Assembly (NCBI GenBank): GCA_030390025.1
Contig: CM059432.1
Location: 33,482,001 to 33,546,000, forward strand
Direction: 5' to 3'
Length of the DNA: 64,000 bases
Source of the DNA: Squalus acanthias
Lineage: Eukaryota
Position numbers and translations under genes: made by a program. Below the pieces are notes generated by a model, which saw only the letters and a list, made by a program, of their open reading frames with translations, was not told the DNA's origin and ran no database searches. This document shows positions 37,478-49,404 of this stretch, piece after piece; the stretch's first letter is position 1, and each line of letters opens with the position of its first letter.

Positions 37478-38015
37478 AGTGTAGAAATTGGTGTGCATTG
37501 CACCCGGTATTCGGGTGTACAATGGGTGCAAAGCACACCAATTTAGCAGTGGGACAGCCTGCGCCATTTTTAAAGTGTCCTGGGCGGACATCTAAAACAG
37601 GCTTTGAGCTCCTTAAATATGTTAAAGGTCCCTGCTACAAAATTTGTCCCTCCGGATTCCTTAGCGCCCCCAAAAGTGAAGTTTTTAAAATATTTTTTAA
37701 AAAAAACTATCTGTAGAGCCAGGAAGAGCAGGATGGCTCCCCTCGACTCCATAGTGTTGGCGCTCACCCCCTCCCCCCACCCCTGTTGCCTGCCATTCCC
37801 CTTCCCCCCCCCCCCACAGAACTTACCTGAGGACTGCTGCTGAGGGCCCGAAATTAATTTTCTCATAGGGCCTGCAGAGGGGCAAAAACTCCCACAGCTT
37901 TCCCAGATGTAGATGAGGCCTGAGGCCATTCCGAAATTACGCCTTGGGCCCCATATCTGTTTGCGCACACGCTGAGTCTAGGCCCAAAAGTGAGCACAGC
38001 CTAATTTCTACCCCC
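37478..38015. mobile_element. Harbinger-type MITE, degenerate TIRs
   Basis: GTAGAAATTGG..CTAATTTCTAC ends; internal GAAGAGCAGGA and CTTACCT motifs. Confidence 0.6.
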
Positions 38016-38556
38016 GACGTTACTTCACTGTTGATTACTCTGACAGTAAAGTGCCGGCTACCTTTATCTTCATTCCTGAGGTAATTTTTTGCCATTAATC
38101 TACCCTTCCCTAAGTGACTTTGCTCATCAACAGGTAAGAATACTCCATAAAGATTAGATACCTGATTGCTTTCTTTGCTTTGAAGGTGTCAAGGACAGGC
38201 CTTATGACAGCCTGAACACACAGCCTCCAGGGGAACTTCCTGGAGGAAGGCACTGGAGGAGAATTAATGTGTTTGCCCTGGTCGTAAATGACGGCTGATG
38301 CTGAACATTAGCGCAGTGACTGACAGCAGCAGAGGGAGAGATGAGAGCAGGCGAATGCTGTACAAAGTCCCCGTGGAACAGATGTGACTCGGGCTGCTTG
38401 GAAGAAATTAGTCTGTAGGGCTGGCTTCCTTGCACAATCTGAGCGGGATGTTTGCAGTTCTTAATTATCCCCTTTAACAACCCATTGTATTTTCAAGGAT
38501 TAGTCTGTTTACTTTAGGTTTCTAATGGCCCGCACCTTTAAAGCTGGAAAGATGTA

Positions 38557-40295
38557 GGCCCCGATATTTAGCGAGGCTGCCTGTCAGCAACCGGGAAACC
38601 TGGAAATGCCAGGAACGCGCAGGTACTGCTGAATTTAACGGCAGTACCTTATTCAAATGTTTTTAATCCGTTTCCCGCTTGGCAGCCAGCCAGATTGAAG
38701 GATAGCCAGCTGACGGGCGGGAAAGCCTGCAGCACGAGGCTGCAGCCGGGGCTCAGAGGGTGGTGGGTATTCTGGGGAAAGGAGGGGTGGTGAAGAATGC
38801 CAGGCATAGAGAGAACAAATTCTGGGGAGGGAGAGAGAACGGCGGGGGGGGGGGGGGGAGAGAGAGAACGGCGGGAGAGAGAGAGAGAGAACGGCGGGGA
38901 GAGAGAGAGAGAGAACGGCGGGGGGGAGAGAGAGAGAGAATGGCGGGAGGGAGAGAGAGAGAACGGCGGGGGAGAGAGAGAACGGCGGGAGAGAGAGAGA
39001 ACGGCGGGGGGAGAGAGAGAGAGAACGGGGGAGAGAGAGAAAGAGAGAACGGCGGGGAGAGAGAGAGAGAGAGAACGGCGGGGAGAGAGAGAGAGAGAAT
39101 GGCGGGGAGAGAGAGAGAGAGAGAACGGCGGGGAGAGAGAGAGAGAGAACGGCGGGGGGGAGAGAGAGAGAGAACGGCGGGGAGAGAGAGAGAGAACGGC
39201 GGGGGAGGGAGAGAGAGAGAGAATGGCGGGGAGAGAGAGAGAGAGAACGGCGGGGAGAGAGAGAGAGAGAAAACGGCGGGGAGAGAGAGAGAGAGAGAAC
39301 GGCGGGGAGAGAGAGAGAGAACGGCGGGGGGAGAGAGAGAACGGCGGGGGGAGAGAGAGAGAGAACGGCGGGAGAGAGAGAGAGAGAACGGCGGGGGGAG
39401 AGAGAGAACGGCGGGGGGAGAGAGAGAACGGCGGGGGGAGAGAGAGAGAACGGCGGGAGAGAGAGAGAGAGAACGGCGGGGAGAGATAGAGAGAGAACGG
39501 CGGGGGGAGAGAGAGAGAGAACGGCGGGAGAGAGAGAGAGAGAACGGCGGGGGGAGAGAGAGAACGGCGGGGGGAGAGAGAGAACGGCGGGGGGAGAGAG
39601 AGAGAACAGCGGGAGAGAGAGAGAGAGAGAACGGCGGGGGGAGAGAGAGAGAACGGCGGGGGGGAGGGAGAAAACGCCGCAGGAGGGAGAGAACATGGGA
39701 GGAGGGCGAGAGAGAACGGCGTGGGCGGGGTGGGGGTGTGAAGAGAACGTCGGGGGGTGGGGGAGGGAATGCCTGGGGGGTGGGGGAGGGAATGCCTGGG
39801 GGGTGGGGGAGGGAACGCCTGGGGGGGGAGAGGACGGCAGGGGGGTGGGAGAGAATGCTGGGCAGGTGTGGGGAGAGAGAGAACGCCAGGAGGGCGGTCG
39901 AAATCGGATGCCTGGTTAGGAGACAAATTGCAGCTGGTCTGCTTAAGGGGCCGGGAGGGGGGAAGCTCTCCTGCTCCTCCTGGCCCATAAGCAGTGCTGG
40001 AAAGGCACTTATCTGCTGGATCTGGCAGATCTCGCCTCCCTTCAACTTCCGGGCCAGCCCTGGGAAACCCGGCCTACAGGTGTTAAATACAAACTAATGG
40101 CAAAATCTGAGGCATGCAGCCACCTTTAAATATTATAATGATCGACCTGCCACTCCACAGCGGGTTACTTGGCAGACCCCAAACCTGGAGGAATTAGGTG
40201 TAATCACAGCGGGTTGGGGTTGGCTTTCCCATTTTTTCAATTTTCACCCTCGCTGACCCTCTCCCGCCTGTCATGGGGGGATTAAAATTACCCCC
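38557..40295 (+). mobile_element. Harbinger-type MITE with expanded internal GA-rich array
   Basis: Ends GGCCCCGATATTTA and TTAAAATTACCCCC (imperfect); shares flanks with 29845-30568. Confidence 0.62.
38825..39725 (+). repeat. Compound (GA)n-ACGGCGGG(G)n tandem array, ~900 bp
   Basis: Dozens of AACGGCGGGG units separated by variable GA runs; source of the spurious 230-445 aa ORFs. Confidence 0.97.
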
Positions 40296-40584
40296 ACAGT
40301 CAACTGAAGAGTCCTTTTTTTCCCCAAATGTCTTCCTTCTTCTCCTAAAGGAGGTGGCTATTGTCAAATATCCAGTCTTAAATGAGCCACAATTTCCTCC
40401 AGCTAAACATGGTAGGACTAAAGCTATCCGCTTTCATCAGACGTGAGGGGTGTGGGTGAGCGACAGGCCTGTCCCAATAGCTCCTTATGTGGCTCGGTGT
40501 CAATTTTTGACTGATTGCACTCCTGTGAAGTGCCTTGGGATGTTTTACTACGTTAAAAGTGCTATGTAAATGCAAGTTGTTGTG

Positions 40585-41161
40585 AGACCCAGAGCAATTT
40601 TAACTCCCGGGCCTCATTTCCATATCCGAGCTCTGACTCCTGCCCAAACCCGACAAGAATCACTGGCTGGCCGGTGGGTGTCTGTGGAAATTCGGGTGGG
40701 AGGAGGCCACCGCCAGGGACCCACAAGAGCGGTCCCCAGCACTCAGGTAAGCGGTGAGGTTGGGCTCCTGGAGGAGCACTCCCGCACCTCCTGGCCCACA
40801 AGGAAATTTAAAGAAAATGTAAACTCACCCGACCGGGCCTCTTCTGGCCCTCGATCCAGTTCCAGGCAGGTTTTCCCTGGCGAGGAAGTCATCACCGCTG
40901 CCCCGCTCCGGCCTCAGGTTAAATTAGCAGATCGGGCCCCGATGACATCACATGAGCCCGACCTGCATATTTTAAAAGGATCCCTCCGGCTTGGGACGGG
41001 CGTTCCTGCCGCCTGAAATGTAGAATTGCAGTCTCGGTCAGATCGGGACGGGAAACGAGTGGGTAAGTCCCCCGTTCAATTTTAACTGCCCCCAGCCTGG
41101 TTTCCGCTAGGCAGGGGTTGGGGGCGGGGGGAGGGGGCTGCGCGGAGTTAAAATCGGGGCC
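40585..41161. mobile_element. Harbinger-type MITE (right TIR clear)
   Basis: Ends GTTAAAATCGGGGCC; internal GAGCACTCCCGCACCTCCTGGCCCAC motif and CAGGTAAG. Confidence 0.6.
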
Positions 41162-41690
41162 TTCATCATCGGCCCCCTCCCAAAACTCTGTTCCTTCACC
41201 ACTGATTCTAGCTCTCTCCCCAGTCACTGTCTCAGGCTGAACCAGATTGTTTGCAACCTATTTGACCCTGAGCTGAGCTTCCAACCCCGTATCCTTTTCA
41301 TCACAAAGAACGACTACTTCCACCACTGTAACTTCACCCGCCTTGGACCTCCCTATATGTGTAACTGCTCCAGCCCTACAGCCACCTTGAACTCTCTCTC
41401 TCTGTTCCTTCGATACTGGCCTTTTGTGCATCCCCCCCTTCCTTCATACCACGATTAGCAGCCGTGCTTTCAGCTGCCTAGGCCCCATGCTCTGGAATTT
41501 CCTACTTAAAACCCCTCTACCTCTCCAACCCCCTCTCCTACTTTAAGATCCTCCTTAAAACCTGCCTCTTTGACCCTCACCCCTCCTAATGTCTCCTTCT
41601 TTGGCTTAGGGTTCATGCTTTCCTTATGCCTCTGTAAAGCTCCGTGGGAGCTATTTGTTTCTACATTAAAGGTGCAAGTTGTTGTTGACG
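41162..41690 (+). mobile_element. L2 LINE fragment, degraded
   Basis: Similar to 31540-32365 with deletions. Confidence 0.7.
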
Positions 41691-41797
41691 ATTACTGGGG
41701 TGCAGTTCCACAGAAGCCATCTGGCTGATGATGCATCAAGTGGCCATACTGCATGTGTGAGCCTAAATAATGAGAGTTGTGAGGATACTCGACCAAT

Positions 41798-42235
41798 AGA
41801 AAGAAAGAAAGACTTGCATTTATATAGCGCCTTTCATGACCAGGACTTCACAGCCAACAAAGTGCTTTTTGAGTGTAGTCTCTGTTGTAATGTAAGAAAT
41901 GGGGCAGCCAATTTGCACACAGCAAGGTCCCACAAACAGCAATGATGACCAGATAGTCTGTTGGTTGAGAGATTAGTGTTGGCAAGGACACCGGGGAGAA
42001 CTGCCTGCTCTTCTTCGAAATGGCTCCATAGGATCTTTTACATCCACCTGAGGGGCCAGACAGGGCCTCAGTTTAACATCTCATCTGAAAGATGGCATCT
42101 CCGACAATGCAGCACTCCCTCAGCACTGCACTGGAGTGTCAGCCTACATTTTCTGCTCAAGTTTCTGGAGTGGAACTTGAACCCACAACCATTCTAATAT
42201 CAGAGGTAAAGGTGCTACTACTGAGCCATGGCTAA
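41798..42235 (-). mobile_element. DeuSINE family A
   Basis: Full reverse-complement copy. Confidence 0.83.
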
Positions 42236-42257
42236 TGACAGCTGGCCCTATTCTATC

Positions 42258-43239
42258 TTCTTCTTAGGCAGTCCCTCGGAGCCGAGGATGACGTGCTTCC
42301 ACATTAAAAATGAGTTCTCAGGTGACTGATGAGTCCAATGCGGGACCTACAGTCTCTGTCACAGGTGGGGCAGACGGTGGTTGAAGGAGCAGGTGGGTGG
42401 GGTGCTTGGGTTGATGTGCGCTCCTTGCGCTGCTTGCACTTGGCTTCCGCTTGCTCCCGGCGAAGAGACTCGAGGTGCTCGGCGCCTTCCTGGATGCTTC
42501 TCCTCCACTTTGTGTGGTCTTAGGCCAGGGATTCCCAGGTGTCGGTGGGGATATTGCACTTTTTCAAGGAGGCTTTGAGGGTGTCCTTGAAGTGTTTCCT
42601 CTGCCCACCTGGGGCTCTCTTGCTTTGTCGGAGCTCCAAGTAGAGCGCTTGTTTTGAGAGTCTCATATCGAGACAAAGGTCCTCTACCAACCTGCCTCCG
42701 CCACACAGTACTGCCCCCCAATTATCAAAATCCACGACAAGGCCTTGAACAATGTGACCACTTTTCATACCTCAGGAGCCTATTGTCAACAAGGGCAGAC
42801 GTCGATGACGAACTTCAACACCGCCTTCAGTGTTCCAGTGCAGCCTTCGGTCGCCTGATGAAGAGAGTGTGTGAAGACCAGGACCTCAAACCTGGCACTA
42901 AGCTCATGGTCTACAGAGCAGTAGTGATACCCGCCCTGCTGTATGCCTCAGAGACATGGACCATGTACAGCAGGCACCTCAAAGCACTGGAGAGGTACCA
43001 CCAACACTGCCTCCGCAAGATCCTGCAAATCCATTGGCAGGATAGGCGCACCAACGTCAGTGTTCTCGCTCAGGCCAACATCCCCAGCATCGAAGCTTTG
43101 ACCACGCTCGATCAGCTCCGATGGACAGGCCACATCGTCCGCATGCCCGATACGAGACTCCCAAAACAAGCGCACTACTCGGAGCTCTGGCACGGCAAGA
43201 GAGCCCCAGGAGGGCAGAGGAAACGCTTCAAGGACACCC
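42258..43239 (-). mobile_element. RTE (BovB-like) LINE with inverted 5' part
   Basis: 3' end on minus 42258-42668; RT C-terminal piece on plus 42669-43239; 12-bp TSD CCCTATTCTATC (42246-42257, 43240-43251). Confidence 0.9.
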
Positions 43240-44021
43240 CCCTATTCTATCCTTGCCTAATGCCACACGATTTATCGACCGAGAAATAGGGAGTGAGGAC
43301 GTTTACACATTTTTCAAATTTTTGGCAGAACAATAAAGTGTAGCTCATCTACAAACCCTCAATGTGGTCACACCACATTCTTATTGTGCTATTCCACACT
43401 GGCATGAACCCCTTTCTAATAACAGTTCAGTTGCTCGGCGTCACCAAGTACACAGTTAAAATAAGATGCAATCTCTATTAAAACTACAACATTACAAATC
43501 CCAGTTTGTATTCTCTGAACACTGTTTTACGGGCCGGGGAAGGGTGTATGTTGGAGGGAGGGCGAATTGGGAACATTTTTGAACTGTTTCCAAGTAAAGG
43601 CCTGGGTCGCTGACAGGGTTTAATGAGTAAATTCCTTTACGATATGATTTCCTAAACATTCTTGGCTGGTGCAGACTAAATATTTGACACATTAGAAAAT
43701 ATTCCGTATTTGAGAGAGTGGGATTGAAGTCTATTGTGCCTTTCTAATGGTCTGCTCCATGTGTATTGCTGCACGCACAGATCCAGCATTAGGCCGTTGT
43801 AATGGCGCTGTCAGTTGAAGCTTGAGTGGTGCTCTCACTTCTGCTGTTAGAAGGTTGTGGATTCAAGTCCCACTCCAGAGACTTGAGCACATAATCTAGG
43901 CTGATTCTCCAGTGCAGTACTGAGGGAGTGCTGCACTGTTGGTGGTGCCATCTTTCGGATGAAGAAACAATTCAATCCAATGAGCTGTGAGCCCTTTTTC
44001 CTATGCTAAAAGCACAATATA

Positions 44022-44300
44022 AATCATAGAACCGTACAGCATGGAGGCCATTCGACCCATCGTGCCTGTGCTGGCTCTTTGAAAGAGCTATCCAATTCGA
44101 CAGACTCCCCTGCTCTTTCCCCAGAGCCCTGCAAATTTTTCCTTTTCAAATATATATCCAATTCCCTTTCGAAAGTTACTATTGAATCTGCTTCCACCAC
44201 CTTTTCAGGCAGTGCATTCCAGCTCATAACAACTTGTGTGCAAAAAAATTTCTCTCACCTCCCCTTTGGTTCTTTTGCCAATTATCTTAAATCTGTGTCA
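44022..44300 (-). mobile_element. CR1 3' fragment
   Basis: WNALPEKVVEADSIVTFERELD motif plus 3'UTR. Confidence 0.85.
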
Positions 44301-44918
44301 CCAAGCAACGGGCCCAAGGCCCAGTCCATCACGGGACCTAAAAGTAACCGAAAAAAAACTCCTCCCAGACGGATGCTTCTAACGTAGCATGACATAATTC
44401 CTCCTTCATTGGATGTTTGCTTTATTAGTGCTACTAAATAAGTGCAAACAGTTGTTATCCCAGTGACATTAGTGTCGATTACTCCACACACGGGCAACAT
44501 AAACAGGAACATTTCTTCTTTCCTCTCCCCATCCCCCCTCGGCACGGTAATTAAATCTATTCGGGGTTTATGCCCTGTCAACGCGGGAATTAATTGGTGG
44601 CTGCTCTCTGTGAACCCTAGGCACATGGGCTGAAATATTGTGAATCAGTTAACAAGTTTAATGAATAACATCATTCTTCTGCTATGGTGGCAAAAGTGAC
44701 GACAGCACGAAAAAAAAATTATAGGCAAGGTAAAGATTAAAATTCCATTCATGTATTAAAGTTCCCTCTATGATCGTTTCATTCTTCTGTGTTGCTCAGT
44801 GTAAATATAATCCGCTTTTTGCACTCCGTGTGGCCTCTGAAAATATAGGATAACACCTACTGAGGAATGTCGCTAAGGTATTAACCCTTCCCCATCCAGT
44901 GTTGACAATGTACAGTGT

Positions 44919-45024
44919 GTGGTAATTTTGACTTTGGACCATGACTTCAATGGAAATGAAAATCGGGAGAGATGTCGATTCGCTATCGCCTGTTTTCCAC
45001 TACCGGTCAAAGTCAAAATCACCC
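44919..45024. mobile_element. ~105-bp miniature TIR element; related remnant at 34330-34432
   Basis: GGTAATTTTGACTTT..AAAGTCAAAATCACC inverted ends; TGACTTCAATGGAAA core shared with 34335. Confidence 0.6.
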
Positions 45025-45085
45025 TCAATGTGAGTCATAAAAGTTTTAAAAAATTGAACAGAAACCCAAAGACAAAGGCCTGTAG

Positions 45086-45953
45086 CACATCAAAATGAAT
45101 CACTTAGGCCAGACACCGGGGAAGCAGTTGGCGTCCTTAGTAATTGCTCCACAGCAAAGAGTCAATACTGGAGGGAGACCGGCGGGAATCCCTCGGAAAA
45201 TGGAGGAGACCCAGTTAGGCCAACACCAAGGTGGGAAAACAGTCAGAGAAAAGGTGGGACGAATCAGGAATGAGGGGTCGGGTACCATCAGCGCTGAAAT
45301 TCCTCAGGTCCCGATGCCCTGCAGCACTGATCCAGCTAGATGCGGGTGTTATGTTATTGGACTATTAATGTGGAGAATCTGAGTTCAAATCCCACCATGG
45401 TGGTATGAGAAATCTGGAAATAAAAAGCTGGTGTCAGTAAACGTGACCATAAAGTGTTGGGTTGTCATTAAAACCCAAGGCTTACCCCACTTTCCCCATC
45501 CTCAACCACTACTGTAGTCCCCTCAGCTGCCTGAGCAAAGAGACCGATCTACAAAAACATATTTTTAAGTCATAGGTCTTCGGAGTTCCAGGCTGCTTGC
45601 CTGCCCTGGAGCCCAGCTTTAGGGCACATCTTCACCCTTTTGAAGGCTTGTACGCTTCCACCAAAGCCTCTGCTAACGTTGAGTTCCACTGGAGCCTGAG
45701 GAATGGGAACTCCCTGTGTAGTGAGTCCCCGCCTCTGGCTCTGCCCCCCCCCCCCCCCAGGCTGTCATTTGCCTTGTAAGACTATAATTTCCTCTTACAA
45801 GACAACCAGGAAACTCCTGGGCACTCCCAGCGCAACTGGGTCTCCTCCATTTTCTGAGGGATTCCCTCCAGTATTGACTCTTTGCTGTGGAGCAATTACT
45901 AAGGACGTCAACTGCTTCCCTGGTAACTGGCCTAAGTGGCCAATTTTGATGTG
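45086..45953. mobile_element. Element with ~120-130-bp inverted arms (probable non-autonomous DNA transposon) containing a SINE fragment
   Basis: 45086-45216 is the imperfect reverse complement of 45834-45953. Confidence 0.65.
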
Positions 45954-46179
45954 TAACCTTGACGGTGAATATTAGCAGGCAACTTGACAATGGTGGCATC
46001 ACAGCTCATCCTTGCTCGAAGCCCACACTCGCAGCGACAGTCGCTGGATCGTAATAAAGACCAGAAACTCTACCTGTTCTTTTTTTCCCTAATTCTGACC
46101 CAGAGGTCAATTGTAGCAGACCTACCACATCCCAATTGAGTTCCACCACCTCAGTGCAGACCGAGGAATGAACCTAGGA

Positions 46180-47223
46180 CCCAGGGATGAGGGACTTCAG
46201 TTATGTGGAGAGACTAGAGAAGGTGGCAATGTTCTCTTTAGAGCAAAGAAGGTTAAGGGGAAATGTAATAGTGGTGTTCAATATTATGAGGGGATTTGAT
46301 CGAGTAAATTAGGAGAAACTGTTTCCACTGGCACGAGGGTCGGTAACCCAGGACATATATTTAACATAATTGCCAAAAGAACCGGGGAGGAGTTGAGGAG
46401 AAATTTCTTTACATAGCGCGTTTTTATGATCTGGAATGCACTACCTGAAAGGGTGGTGGAAGCAGATTCAAAAGTGAATTGAATATATACTTGAAAAGTA
46501 AAATTTTCAGGGCTATGAAAGAAAGAAAGACTTGCATTTATATAATGCTTTTCATGATGTCCCAAAGCACTTTACAGCCAATGAGTTACTTTTAAAGTGT
46601 AGTCACTGTTGTAATGCAGGAAATGCAGCAGCCAAATTGTGCACAGCAAGCTCCCACAAACAGCAATGTGATAATGTCCAGATAATCTGTTTTAGTGATG
46701 TTGGTTGAGGGATAAATATTGGCCGGGACACCGGGGAGAACTCCCCTGCTCATCTTTGAATCGTGCCATGGGATCTTTTAGGTCCACCTGAGAGAGCAGA
46801 CGGGGCTTCGTTTTAACGTCTCATCTGAAAGACGGCACCTACGATAGAGCAGCACTCCCTCAGTATTGCACTGTAGTGTCAGCCTAGATTTTGTCCTCAA
46901 GTCTCTGGCGTGGGACCACTGAGCCACAGCTGACACCTATGGGGAACATAATAACATAAGAAATAGGAGCAGGAATAGGCCACTTGGCCCCTCGAGCCTG
47001 CTCCGCCATTCAGTAAGATCATGGCTGATCTTGGGCTCAAAGCCACTTCCCTGCCCATTCCCCATAACCATTCACTCCCTTATCTTGCAAAAATCTGTCT
47101 ATCTCCACCTTAAATGTATTTAAAAGCGCAGGGAGTGTGGGACTAATTGGAGAGCTCTTACGAAGTGCCGGCACAGGCACGATGGGCTGAATGGCCTCCT
47201 TCTGTGCTGTATGATTCTATGAT
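46180..47223 (+). mobile_element. CR1 3' fragment split by a DeuSINE (46516-46937, minus) and a short CR1 end (46946-47122, minus)
   Basis: GGGCTATG|GGGAA..|GCAGGGAGTGTGGGACTAATTGG continuity across the insertions. Confidence 0.75.
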
Positions 47224-47932
47224 TCCAGTCGGGATCATAAACTCAGGGGATAAGGAATTTGATCGGGGGAGCCCAATCTGCCGGTTTTGAAAACCTAAGC
47301 TTGTGTGTCACACAAGTACTACCCCATCTTCTCTCCTGCTCTTTTCAACCTTAGTGGTTCCTGCAGTATAGATCTTGGCTCTGCACCTAAGTTAGACGTT
47401 TGTAGCATATTTTCTTCCAGAGCCGACACTTCTTCTGGCTCTATCTCATCCATATTGCATAGTTGGACAACAAGGAAAAATAAACATAAAATTTCATGAA
47501 GAATTGCCAGTTTCTGTGCCAGCGAAGACTCATCATGTGTGTCAATACCACATGTCTGGAAAGAGCAACCTCGAAGTAACGGAGGTGATTTACCATCATT
47601 GACAATGTCTGAACCACCCTTCCAGATTGACAAACGTGGTGATATCTGGCTCCCTCGATGACATGACATCACCCAGATGACTTACATTTCATCTCAGATC
47701 CAGAGAACATGCTGCCATTCACACAGCTTCACAGAAAGCAGCTTAATTGACAGCACTGTACGATCTCCTGTTCAGTGAGTTGAGTTCGCTGCTAGTTCAG
47801 AGTGCAGGCTTTTGCGACTGCCAACTTCACAAAGACCTTGCAAGAAATAAAGCATAGTGAGTAAAAGAGATAATTCACCTTAAATCCGTTTTTTTTTACT
47901 GACACTGAGACACACACAGGCCATACAGTACC

Positions 47933-48208
47933 ATAGAAACATAGAAACATAGAATCTAGGAGCAGGAGTAGGCCATTCGGCCCGTCGAGCCTGCTCCGCC
48001 ATTCAATACGATCATGGCTGATCATCCAAATCCAGTACCCTGTCCCTGCTTTAATCCCCACAGTACACATATCCTACCCTACCCCCGTAACCCCACGTAT
48101 TTAATTCCCCCTAACATATCCCATCCTATCCCCATAACCCCACATATTTAATCCCCCCCTAACACTAAGGGTCAATTTTATCATAGCCAAATCAACCTAA
48201 CCCGCACA
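47933..48208 (-). mobile_element. HE1/V-SINE-like fragment ending in a young-CR1 3' tail
   Basis: Sense TGTGCGGGTTAGGTTGATTTGGCTATGATAAAATTGACCCTTAGTGT core, then the same 3'UTR and TGTTTCTA tail as the CR1s at 796 and 12353. Confidence 0.6.
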
Positions 48209-48209
48209 A

Positions 48210-48870
48210 TACCAGACGTGTATTGTACAGGAGCTGACACTGAGACACACATGAGTTGTACTGTATCAGACGGGAGTGAATAGTTCCCTTTTACCTGGTG
48301 TGTGCTGTACACATTCAGGAGCTGACACTGAGACACACGCAGGCCATGCAGTACCAGACGTGAGTGAATCGTTCCCTTTTACCTGGTGTGTGCTGTACAT
48401 GTACTGGAGCTGATACTGAAACACACATGAGCTGTACTGTATCAGATGAGAGTGAATCGTTTACTTTTACCTGGTGTGTGTTGTACACGTACTGGAGCTG
48501 ACACTGAGACACACGCAGGCCATACAGTACCAGATGGCAGTGAATCGTTCCCTTTTACCTGGTGTGTGCTGTACATGTACAGGAGCTGATACTGAGACAC
48601 ACGCAGGCCATACAGTACCAGATGGCAGTGAATCGTTTCCTTTTACCTGGTGTGTGCTGTACATGGACTGGAGCTGATACTGAGACACACATGAGCTGTA
48701 CTGTATCAGACGGGAGTGAATCATTTACTTTTACCTGGTGTGTGCTGTACACATACAGGAGCTGACACACATGAGCTATACAGTAGACTAAGACTGTGTA
48801 TGGTACCAGGCGGGAGTGAATTATTCTCTTCTATCTGGTTGTAAAGGAGCTGACAAAGAGACACACAGGC
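48210..48870 (+). repeat. 88-bp minisatellite, ~7 copies, two unit variants
   Basis: TTTTACCTGGTGTGTG recurs about every 88 bp from 48289 to ~48730. Confidence 0.93.
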
Positions 48871-49404
48871 TGTACAGTAGACTAAGTTTAGAAGAGCAGA
48901 GAGTACAAGCTGGATGTAGGTCTTGGGGGTGGCCAGCAGAGGTTGGTGGAGCAAAGCCATAAGAATTGTAAATAAGGGTGAGCATTCTGAAATCAATGTG
49001 ATTCAGGATGGAGAACTGGTGGAGGTTGGTGGGGATAGGGGTCATAGGTGAATGGGAGTTGGTGCTTAGTGCTCTTTAACTCCACCTTTTGTCCACCTTC
49101 CACTTGCAGCCATGTTTCTGTGATGCCATTGATGTCCGTATTTTTCCGGTCTCTACACATGTCTAATCCCAATGGTTTATTCTTATCACTTCTTGGATTA
49201 GCCTGACGACCATTCCTTCAACTCCTGATTACTGCTTCATTGGAAGTCATGATTTTCACACAAAGGTTAGTAGAAATTTGGATGTAGATGTTGTGACAGT
49301 TAGAGCTTACAAGACTGAGAGCAATAGGTTTTTGTTGGGTAAGAGTATCAAAGGATATGGAGCAAAGCCGGAAAAATTTTGAGGTGCAGATCAGCCATAG
49401 TCTA

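Noticed and set aside
38649..40097. Five overlapping 230-445 aa ORFs (RE/G-rich and SL/P-rich)
   Set aside because: Translations of the GA/ACGGCGGG array, which lacks stop codons
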